From: a virus
Lineage: Duplodnaviria > Caudoviricetes
Length of the DNA: 46,469 nucleotides
Virus record (IMG/VR): IMGVR_UViG_3300040971_000351
Coordinates: 1 to 46,469 of that record
Direction: 5' to 3' (one strand)
The position numbers were made by a program, and so were the translations under genes. Shown piece after piece: positions 9,192-16,165 of the stretch (positions are counted from its first letter, which is position 1; each line of letters starts with the position of its first letter). The notes beneath the pieces were generated by a model. That model was not told where the DNA came from. It searched no databases and was given only the letters and a program-made list of their open reading frames with translations.

Positions 9192-9481
9192 TTTTCGACG
9201 AGCAGCGTTGTCTGTCTGTTGACCCGCACGAGGGGGAATACGGCTCTGGTGAGGTGAAGCTCGAAGACAAGATCGTAACCGCCAGAAAGGCGCGGCCGTG
9301 CCACCTCTGTGGCGAAACCATAGAGCCCGGGACGAAGATTCGAGTCATGGCCGAAGCGTGGGACGGGAGGGTGTGGCGCCAAGCATGGTGCACCCAGTGT
9401 TGTGTCGCCATGGCAAAGAGTTGGGAGGACGCAGGTCTGGCCCTGCAGTATCGGTCCGCGATTGGGAGGTATGCAGGATGA
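9188..9481 (+). CDS. Hypothetical Zn-binding phage protein
   Basis: ATGA coupling. TARKARPCHLCGETI...WCTQC. Confidence 0.65.
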   Translation: MIFDEQRCLSVDPHEGEYGSGEVKLEDKIVTARKARPCHLCGETIEPGTKIRVMAEAWDGRVWRQAWCTQCCVAMAKSWEDAGLALQYRSAIGRYAG

Positions 9482-9975
9482 TCGCCCCCGGCCTGCGCGT
9501 GCGCGTCGTCGCTCCAGAGGGCTGCCGTGACCCGTGGATCTGCCAGAAGGACGGCTGGCGCGGCGACGTGGTTGCGGCGGCGGATGACATCGGCCCCGGC
9601 TTTTGGCGGGTCCGGTTCGTGCCGCCGTGGTGCGAGCTGGACATTCTGCGGGTCATGCCCGGGGACGCTCTGGTGCTGGTCGAGGACTCGGCCGTGGCCA
9701 GGGTCAACCCGATCAAGGGCATGGGCGTAGGGGCCTGGGTAAAGGTCAGGGACAACGCCGGGTCGTCCGATGGAGAGGACCATGTCCGGCGCAAACGCGG
9801 GCGCATCGGCACCGTGACTCGCGAGTGCTTCCTGGCGCCGTCGTGCGTCGAGGTCGAGTTCCCTGGCGCTACGCTGCCGGTCATGATCTCGCGCGGGGAT
9901 CTCCGCGAATCGTCCGCGCCGCCCGTGGCGGCGGTCAAACAAAAAGCCGGCGGCCAGATGCGGCTGCCGATGTGA
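9478..9975 (+). CDS. Hypothetical phage protein
   Basis: ATGA coupling. Two similar beta-rich halves (GLRVRV...GDVV / GAWVKV...GTVT). Confidence 0.6.
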   Translation: MIAPGLRVRVVAPEGCRDPWICQKDGWRGDVVAAADDIGPGFWRVRFVPPWCELDILRVMPGDALVLVEDSAVARVNPIKGMGVGAWVKVRDNAGSSDGEDHVRRKRGRIGTVTRECFLAPSCVEVEFPGATLPVMISRGDLRESSAPPVAAVKQKAGGQMRLPM

Positions 9976-9982
9976 GGTGCTC

Positions 9983-10177
9983 ATGATCGGATTCACGTGC
10001 GGTTTTTGCGGCAAGTCGACCGAATTCGGCCAGGCAACCCTGAACCAGCCTGCGGACCAGTTCCGCTGCGGGCACTGCGGCCGCGTGGTTCGCAGGGTTC
10101 ACGGCCAGCCAACGGTGTTGCCGAGCGGCTTCATCCTCCCTGGGGAGATCAGGATCCAGGAGGTTATCCGCGCATGA
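9983..10177 (+). CDS. Small Zn-ribbon protein
   Basis: CGFCG...CGHCG, GAGG upstream. Confidence 0.6.
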   Translation: MIGFTCGFCGKSTEFGQATLNQPADQFRCGHCGRVVRRVHGQPTVLPSGFILPGEIRIQEVIRA

Positions 10178-10452
10178 ACATCTCCAGATCCGAGTTTTAC
10201 GCTCTGCGGGACGAGCGGAACGCCTACGCGAAGTGCGTCAACCAGATCCGCGAAGCCTGCGCCTTGCCGGACGTCCCGCTGGCCGAACTTCCCGAGGCCG
10301 TCGAGCAGCTTCTCTCCGAGCTGGCCGACCGGCAGATCCGCCGCGACATCGAGCCGCAGGAATTCCAAGCCGGATGCGACGAGCTCGCAGTCTCCGGCCT
10401 GGACGCCATCCCCGGCCATCCCGCCGGTGATCCGGAGGACGACGAATGGTAG
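10174..10452 (+). CDS. Hypothetical phage protein
   Basis: ATGA coupling, GGAGG upstream. Confidence 0.6.
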   Translation: MNISRSEFYALRDERNAYAKCVNQIREACALPDVPLAELPEAVEQLLSELADRQIRRDIEPQEFQAGCDELAVSGLDAIPGHPAGDPEDDEW

Positions 10453-10997
10453 AGGGTAACGTGTTCCAGGATGTGAAGGCCGTGCTGGCCTACCTGCAGG
10501 AGACGCGGCAGATCAAGCAGGCCAAGCTCTACAAGGATGTGCGCGCCGGTTACGTGCGCCGGCAGAATGACGGGACGTTCAAACGGTCCGACGTCGACCG
10601 CTATGCGGCAAGCCTGAAGGCGCTGGCTCTGCCGGCACGCGAGACGGACGACCTGTCCGCACTGGCCAAGCAGGAGCAGGAGGAGCGCGTCCTCGCCATG
10701 CAGGAGAAGCGCAAGACCATCGTCTATGAGCGAGAGGTCAAACAGGGGAAATACATCCTGCGCGAGGACGTCGCCCTGGAACTGGCAGGCCGCGCCATGG
10801 CCTTGTCGATCGGCCTGCGCAGCGCCCTGCAGATCGCCGCGCCGGAGCTCGTCCAGGCGGCCGGCGGCGACAAGAACCGGGCGGACGACCTGGTGCGCGA
10901 ATTCGAAAAACGGCTGGACGAGGCTCTCAACGAATTTTCCCGGCCAATGACGTTCGCCGTGGCCGTCACCGAGCACGAAGAGCATGTCGAAGACTAG
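10446..10997 (+). CDS. Putative terminase small subunit
   Basis: Directly upstream of and overlapping the large terminase. N-terminal wHTH-like region, coiled coil and Nu1-like EREVKQGKYI segment. Confidence 0.7.
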   Translation: MVEGNVFQDVKAVLAYLQETRQIKQAKLYKDVRAGYVRRQNDGTFKRSDVDRYAASLKALALPARETDDLSALAKQEQEERVLAMQEKRKTIVYEREVKQGKYILREDVALELAGRAMALSIGLRSALQIAAPELVQAAGGDKNRADDLVREFEKRLDEALNEFSRPMTFAVAVTEHEEHVED

Positions 10998-12984
10998 GCG
11001 CATATCCGCACCTCTCCCGGCGTGGCTGCACCCGGACACGGCCAGGCAGGTCCGCCTGCGCCTCGCCCAGGGAGCGAGGACGTGGGAATTCAGCATGGGC
11101 CGCGGCGAGCGCGCCGTGTTTCGTCGCCGCCGGCAGATGCGGGTCAGCAGGTGGGCCGAGGATCACCGGGTGGTGCACAACTCCTCGATCCCGGGCAAGT
11201 GGAAGAATGCGGCCAACCCGTGCCTTGCCGGAATCATGGACGCGTCCTTCCATCCGTCCGTCCAGACCATCTCCATCATGAAGGCCCCGCAGGTCGGCGG
11301 AACCGAGGCTGCCCACAACTGCATCGCCTACGCCATCGACCGCGCCCCAGGCCCGGCCCTATATGTGTACCCGGACGAACTGACCGCGCGCGAGAACGCC
11401 GTGGACCGCATCATCCCGATGCTCAAGGCCAGCTCCAGGCTGTCCGAGTACCTGACCGGCGCCGCCGACGACACCTCGTCCATGCGCATCAACCTGCAGC
11501 ACATGCCGCTGCACATGGCATGGTCCGGCTCGCCTGCGCGCCTCGGCAACAAGCCGATCCGCTACCTGGTGATGGACGAGCTGGACAAATACCAGTCGAG
11601 CAAGCGCGAGGCCTCCTCCGAGGACCTGGCCGAAAAGCGCGTGACGACCTGGAGGCGCAAGGCGCGGATCTGGAAGCTGTCCACGCCGACGCTCAAGAAC
11701 GTCGGCATCCATGCGGCCTGGACCTCGGCCGAGGTGCGGTACCGCTATCACGTCGTCTGCCCCTATTGCGGGGCGGAGCTGTTGATGGATTTCGAGAGGA
11801 TCAAATGGCCGGATGCGGTGGAGGGCACAGCTGCCCTGGTTTCGCGGTCTCTGGCCTGGTACGAGTGCCAGCATTGCAGCGCCCAGTGGTCGGACGCTGA
11901 CCGGGACAAGGCCCTGCGCAGCGGCGTCTGGAGGGATGATGCCAGTGGCATGGAGCTCGAAGAGCACCTGCGCGAGGCCTCGCCCATGTTCATCGCCTTT
12001 CACATCCCGGCCTGGATTTCGCCGTTTTTCAGCCTCTCCCAGATCGCCGCCAAGGCCCTGGCCCACAAGCTGGCCCCTGCCGACGAGGACATCGCCAAGG
12101 ACCTCCAGAACAACTTCAAGGCCGAGCCCTGGGAGGAGCGCCACGCCGTGCGGGCAGAGGACTCCATCCTGGCCCTGCGCGACGACCGTCCCAGGGGGCT
12201 GGTCCCGGGCGGCGGCCAGGTGGCCGCGCTGCTGGCCACGGTCGACACCCAGGACGACGGGTTCGTGTACGAGATCAGGGCGCAGGGCTGGGGCATCGCG
12301 GAGGAGACGTGGTGCGTCCGCGAAGGGTTCATCCCCGTGGACTGGGACGTGCTCGTGCGTCCTCAGGGCGCGCAGTGCCCGTGGCTCTACCACCCGGCAT
12401 TCGACCCGCTTCGCCGCGTCTTGTGGGAGGACGCGTACATGGACGAGGCCGGCGTGATCTACCCCGTGCAGCTCGTCATCATCGACGCCATGGGCCACTA
12501 CACGACAGAGGTCTACGACTTCTGCCGGGCCCACAAGGGGCTGATCCTGCCATACCAGGGCGTGCGGCGAATGAACGTCAAGTACAGCTACACGAACCTG
12601 CTGCACTACCCGGGCACGAACAAGCCGATCTCGGGCGGGCTCAAGCTCCTGCGCGGGCATTCGACGTTCTGGAAGGATAAGCTCTCGACCCGTCTGCGCG
12701 TGGCGCCGACGGACCCGGGCGCGTGGCACTACCATGGCGAGGTCGACGAAGCCTGGGCCAAGGGGATGTGCGCGGAGTACAAGGACGAGAAGACAGGCTA
12801 CTGGGAGTGCCCCAAGGGAGTGGACAACCATTCCTGGGACGTGGCCCACTATTTCCTGATCGCCTCGGACATCCTGGCGATCAAGATGTGGGCCAAGTCC
12901 CCGCCAGAGGCCCCGGCGCCGCCGCCGGCGCAGACCGTGAACCCCTACACAGGAGGCAGAAGCATGTTCGGGAGAGGCGCATGA
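10984..12984 (+). CDS. Terminase large subunit, lambda GpA family
   Basis: MKAPQVGGTE Walker A-like, LVMDELDKY Walker B, STPT, CPYC/CQHC zinc motif, nuclease TVDTQ, IDAMG, DNHSWD. Confidence 0.93.
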   Translation: MSKTRRISAPLPAWLHPDTARQVRLRLAQGARTWEFSMGRGERAVFRRRRQMRVSRWAEDHRVVHNSSIPGKWKNAANPCLAGIMDASFHPSVQTISIMKAPQVGGTEAAHNCIAYAIDRAPGPALYVYPDELTARENAVDRIIPMLKASSRLSEYLTGAADDTSSMRINLQHMPLHMAWSGSPARLGNKPIRYLVMDELDKYQSSKREASSEDLAEKRVTTWRRKARIWKLSTPTLKNVGIHAAWTSAEVRYRYHVVCPYCGAELLMDFERIKWPDAVEGTAALVSRSLAWYECQHCSAQWSDADRDKALRSGVWRDDASGMELEEHLREASPMFIAFHIPAWISPFFSLSQIAAKALAHKLAPADEDIAKDLQNNFKAEPWEERHAVRAEDSILALRDDRPRGLVPGGGQVAALLATVDTQDDGFVYEIRAQGWGIAEETWCVREGFIPVDWDVLVRPQGAQCPWLYHPAFDPLRRVLWEDAYMDEAGVIYPVQLVIIDAMGHYTTEVYDFCRAHKGLILPYQGVRRMNVKYSYTNLLHYPGTNKPISGGLKLLRGHSTFWKDKLSTRLRVAPTDPGAWHYHGEVDEAWAKGMCAEYKDEKTGYWECPKGVDNHSWDVAHYFLIASDILAIKMWAKSPPEAPAPPPAQTVNPYTGGRSMFGRGA

Positions 12985-13217
12985 TAATGACCGCCGCGGC
13001 GAAGCGGCTCGTCTTGGTGGTGGAGTCGGCCAGGGCCGGGGTGATCTTCGACGTGCTGGACGGGGCGGTCTGCCCTTGCTGCGGGACAACTAGGCTCAAG
13101 GCCTACAAGGTCATGCCGTGGGCTGACGGTGTCCGGGTTCGTTACCACAAGTGCGGCAACCCGGAATGCATCCTGTGCGCCATCGGCGAGGGGATCAAGA
13201 GTTTGCAGGAGGAGTGA
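12981..13217 (+). CDS. Ogr/Delta-like zinc-finger protein, putative late activator
   Basis: CPCCG...RVRYHKCGNPEC pattern, ATGA-coupled to the terminase. Confidence 0.6.
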   Translation: MIMTAAAKRLVLVVESARAGVIFDVLDGAVCPCCGTTRLKAYKVMPWADGVRVRYHKCGNPECILCAIGEGIKSLQEE

Positions 13218-13247
13218 GGCGTGGACGGATTGTTTTCGGGATAGTCC

Positions 13248-13277
13248 TTGACAAATAGGAACAAAGTTCCTATTCAT
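13248..13277 (+). promoter_or_regulatory. Sigma70-like promoter with palindromic operator
   Basis: Consensus TTGACA (13248-13253), then AATAGGAAC-AAA-GTTCCTATT (13254-13274) covering the 17-bp spacer and an imperfect -10 (TATTCA). Confidence 0.8.
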
Positions 13278-13332
13278 AAGGACAAGGAAAACGGCCTACC
13301 TATCAACCAAGCTTCTCGAACCGGAGGACACC

Positions 13333-13803
13333 ATGACAACGTCGGCCCGTATAAACCCCTCAGAAGTCAAAGCGTTACGCATGTCCGCACGCATGACACA
13401 GGACGCATTCGGAGCCCTGGTTAATGTTTCCGGGCGGCAAGTCAGAAAGTGGGAATCTGATGACTTGGCCGCGCCTGGGTGCCCGGCTGAAAAATTCGAA
13501 ATGCTCAAGAGCAAGTTGGCTGGCAGCCAGCCGTCGGCGGCCTATATCACCGGTCGAATTTTCGGGCTCCTCGATCTGGCCGAACCCATGGCCGAAGTTG
13601 AGCGGACGCAGTGCGACATCTACCCCGCCAAGTTTTTTGCACCGGTATATCGCAAGCGCACGTTAACTCCAGGCCAGGAGGCGGACTTGGAGGCGCTGAT
13701 GGGGCGGCTAGAGAGTTTCCCGGACGGCCCAATGGACAACGAGCAGAAGAGCCATTTCTGGCTTGGATGGCATCATCAGCGTCGTGATATGCGGTCGGAG
13801 TAA
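13333..13803 (+). CDS. XRE/Aca-like HTH fused to Cas11c-like (Cas8c/Csd1 C-terminal) domain; candidate anti-CRISPR
   Basis: aa 8-62 HTH (VKALRMSARMTQDAFGALVNVSGRQVRKWE). aa 66-156 has AYITGRIFGLLD...YPAKFF...LESFPDGPMDNEQKSHFWLGWHHQR, matching the Cas8c C-terminal pattern YxxGRLFAVLE...P..vF...FP..l..eeQg.F.lGYyHQR. GGAGG Shine-Dalgarno. Confidence 0.78.
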   Translation: MTTSARINPSEVKALRMSARMTQDAFGALVNVSGRQVRKWESDDLAAPGCPAEKFEMLKSKLAGSQPSAAYITGRIFGLLDLAEPMAEVERTQCDIYPAKFFAPVYRKRTLTPGQEADLEALMGRLESFPDGPMDNEQKSHFWLGWHHQRRDMRSE

Positions 13804-13819
13804 GTAGCGATAGGACATG

Positions 13820-13845
13820 GGGCGGAATCAACCCGCCCTTTTTTT
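13820..13845 (+). terminator. Intrinsic terminator
   Basis: GGGCGG-AATCAAC-CCGCCC followed by 7 T. Confidence 0.8.
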
Positions 13846-13887
13846 CGTCCACAATGCGTAAAAATTTACGCAAAACAGGGGTAAAAA

Positions 13888-14313
13888 ATGAAGATTGAAA
13901 AACGCCAACCGGCTTTGCGGATCAGCGTGAAGACGGCCGCCGGCCAAACCGTGAAGCTCAGGCTCTACGATGCCGTACCCTTTGGCGGGCCCGTCGGGCT
14001 GTACCGGGTCAAGGTCGGGCGGGAGTGGATGCGCACGGAAGCCGAGAAGTATCTGTTCATGACGCCGCCTGCCGCGCTGGAGCTCGCGGCCAGATCCGCA
14101 GGGCTCGGGCTGCCGGAGCCGGCCGCGCCGCATGTCCGCCATCACGACCGGGTGCGCGTGCCGGTCTGGGACGAGGAGCCTGGACGGTCCCGCGTCGAAA
14201 AGGGCTTTGTGGGCACGCCGCCGTTCCAGGGAGTCGACGGAAGATGGCGGGTTTTCGTGCTGGTCTACGGCGGGATGCGCAAAGTGCTGTGCGATGATGT
14301 TGAACCCGTGTAA
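13888..14313 (+). CDS. Hypothetical protein
   Basis: 141-aa ORF with phage-like codon usage between a terminator and a hairpin. Confidence 0.65.
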   Translation: MKIEKRQPALRISVKTAAGQTVKLRLYDAVPFGGPVGLYRVKVGREWMRTEAEKYLFMTPPAALELAARSAGLGLPEPAAPHVRHHDRVRVPVWDEEPGRSRVEKGFVGTPPFQGVDGRWRVFVLVYGGMRKVLCDDVEPV

Positions 14314-14316
14314 CTT

Positions 14317-14360
14317 ATGCCTATACTTTATCGCAACATATAGGCATGTTTGTTTTTCTT
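14317..14360 (+). terminator. Hairpin with T-rich tail (possible terminator)
   Basis: ATGCCTATA-N13-TATAGGCAT followed by GTTTGTTTTTCTT. Confidence 0.5.
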
Positions 14361-14370
14361 CAAAAATTTG

Positions 14371-14387
14371 GCTGGTAATTTACCAGC
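14371..14387. promoter_or_regulatory. Palindrome upstream of head genes (putative late-activator site)
   Basis: GCTGGTAA-T-TTACCAGC perfect inverted repeat about 90 bp before the gpW-like start. Confidence 0.5.
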
Positions 14388-14474
14388 AAGTCTGTTTTTT
14401 ATTTTGCCCTTCCCCGTCTCCTGCGTGATTTGTTGGCCTACTTCTCGTGGGCACCAAGTCAACAAGGGATCGGA

Positions 14475-14693
14475 ATGGCAACTCTCTCGGAACTCCAGGC
14501 GGATCTGGCCAAGTACAAGTCCGAACGGGACAGGATACTGACATCCGGGTCCAGCTACGGCGCGGACGGCTCGACCAGGTCGTCCGCCGCCCTGGAGACC
14601 ATCAACCGCGAAATCGAGCGCCTGGAGATGCGCATCAGCTTCGCCACAGCCGGGGCCTCGCACACCAACGCGATTTTCGGGGGCCGGGGATGA
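14475..14693 (+). CDS. gpW-like head completion protein
   Basis: 72 aa helix-hairpin-helix (ILTSGSSYGADGSTRSSAALETINREIERLE) immediately before the portal. Confidence 0.75.
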   Translation: MATLSELQADLAKYKSERDRILTSGSSYGADGSTRSSAALETINREIERLEMRISFATAGASHTNAIFGGRG

Positions 14694-16165
14694 TGCGCCA
14701 CGATCTGTGGACACGCATCATGGCCCGCGCCATCGGGACCATCGCCCCCAAGACAGCCTTGCGCTACGCTGCGAGCCGCGCGGCCCTGTCCGCCTACATC
14801 GGCGCTGGCGGCAACGACCACAACGCCCACTGGCGCCCGACCCGCAAGTCCGCAGACGCCATCCTGCGCACCGACGCCGCCGCCCTGGTGGCCCGCGCCA
14901 GATCCCTGGACCGCAACAACGTCAACGTCTCCGGCGCCCTGCGCAAAATCTGCGACAACGTCGTGCACACCGGCATCAAGCCGCAGTTCGTTTCACGTTC
15001 CGGCCAGGCACTGAACGATCTGGAAGCCGCTTTCGCCGCCTGGGCCAAGAAGAACAAGTTCTACGTCTGGTCCCAGAAGCTCGCGCTGCGGCACTGGTGG
15101 GTGGACGGCGAGATCTTCGCCAACCTGTGGCTCGACCCGCGTCGCCTGCGCGAGGGTATCAACCCCTTGCGCGTGGAGATGCTGGAGCAGGACCTGGTGG
15201 ACGCAGCCAAGGACGGGGCCCTGGACAACGGCGGCGTGATCCGTCGCGGCGTCCAGTTCGACAAGTACGGCGATGTCGTTGGCTACCATTTCCTGGCCAG
15301 CCACCCCGGCGACTATCTGCCGTGCGTCCCCCTGGAATCCAGGTTCCTGGAGGCCGCGCGCGTGGTGCACCTCTGGATGCCGCTGCGCGCCTCGCAAAGC
15401 CGGGGCGTGTCTTTTCTGGCCCCCATCGTCGAAGAGATCCGGGACCTGTCCGAGTACAAGGCCTCGGAGCGCGTGGCGGCCCGCCTTGCCAGCGCGTTCG
15501 GCATCTTCATCAAGACGACCATGCCGGAGCTCGGTGCCGCGCAGTACCCGCAACGGCCCGGAGCCCCGGGCGCTGGATCCGCCGGAGCGGCGTCCTTGCC
15601 ACAGTACCTAGAGACAGGGCGCATCCAGACCCTGCCTGCCGGGACCGAGGTCCAGGTGGCCGAGGCCAACAGGCCGTCCAGCCCGTACGCCGACTACGTC
15701 AAGTCCTCCAACAAGGACGCGTCCGTGGGCTTCGGTTTGAGATACGGCAACTATTCCCACGACTACACCGAGAGCAGCTTCTCGTCCGAGCGGTCCGCCG
15801 CCCTGGACGAGCGTCGCGGCTGGATCGGCCAGCAGCTCTTTCTGCAGGACGGCTGGTGCGAGCCCATCACGCGGCGCTGGCTCGAACTTGAGTACGCCAC
15901 GGGCCGCGCCAGCATCAGGCCCGAGGACGTCGCCATCAACTGGCAGGCTCCTGGCTGGCCGTGGGTCGACCCGGCCAAGGACGCCGCGGCCAACGAGAAG
16001 AAGCTGGCCATGCGCGTGACCACCCGCCGTGCCATCTGCACCGAAATGGGCGTGGATTTCGACGAGGTGCTGGAGCAGTTGGCCCGCGAAGAGAAAGCCA
16101 TTTCCGCCGCCCTGCCGGCGCAGAAACCCCAAGGAGAAGGCAATGCCCCCCAAGAAGAAAGCTAA
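14690..16165 (+). CDS. Portal protein, lambda family
   Basis: LVARARSLDRNN, WWVDGEIF, IRRGVQFDKYG, QSRGVS, DYTESSFSSERSAALDE, PGWPWVDPAKDA. Confidence 0.93.
   Translation: MMRHDLWTRIMARAIGTIAPKTALRYAASRAALSAYIGAGGNDHNAHWRPTRKSADAILRTDAAALVARARSLDRNNVNVSGALRKICDNVVHTGIKPQFVSRSGQALNDLEAAFAAWAKKNKFYVWSQKLALRHWWVDGEIFANLWLDPRRLREGINPLRVEMLEQDLVDAAKDGALDNGGVIRRGVQFDKYGDVVGYHFLASHPGDYLPCVPLESRFLEAARVVHLWMPLRASQSRGVSFLAPIVEEIRDLSEYKASERVAARLASAFGIFIKTTMPELGAAQYPQRPGAPGAGSAGAASLPQYLETGRIQTLPAGTEVQVAEANRPSSPYADYVKSSNKDASVGFGLRYGNYSHDYTESSFSSERSAALDERRGWIGQQLFLQDGWCEPITRRWLELEYATGRASIRPEDVAINWQAPGWPWVDPAKDAAANEKKLAMRVTTRRAICTEMGVDFDEVLEQLAREEKAISAALPAQKPQGEGNAPQEES

Noticed and set aside
13218-13240. 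GGCGTGGACGGATTG resembling the 3' half of a type I-C repeat just upstream of the HTH-Cas11c promoter
   Set aside because: It has an insertion, lacks the GAAAC end and has no hairpin. Too weak to call a solitary repeat.
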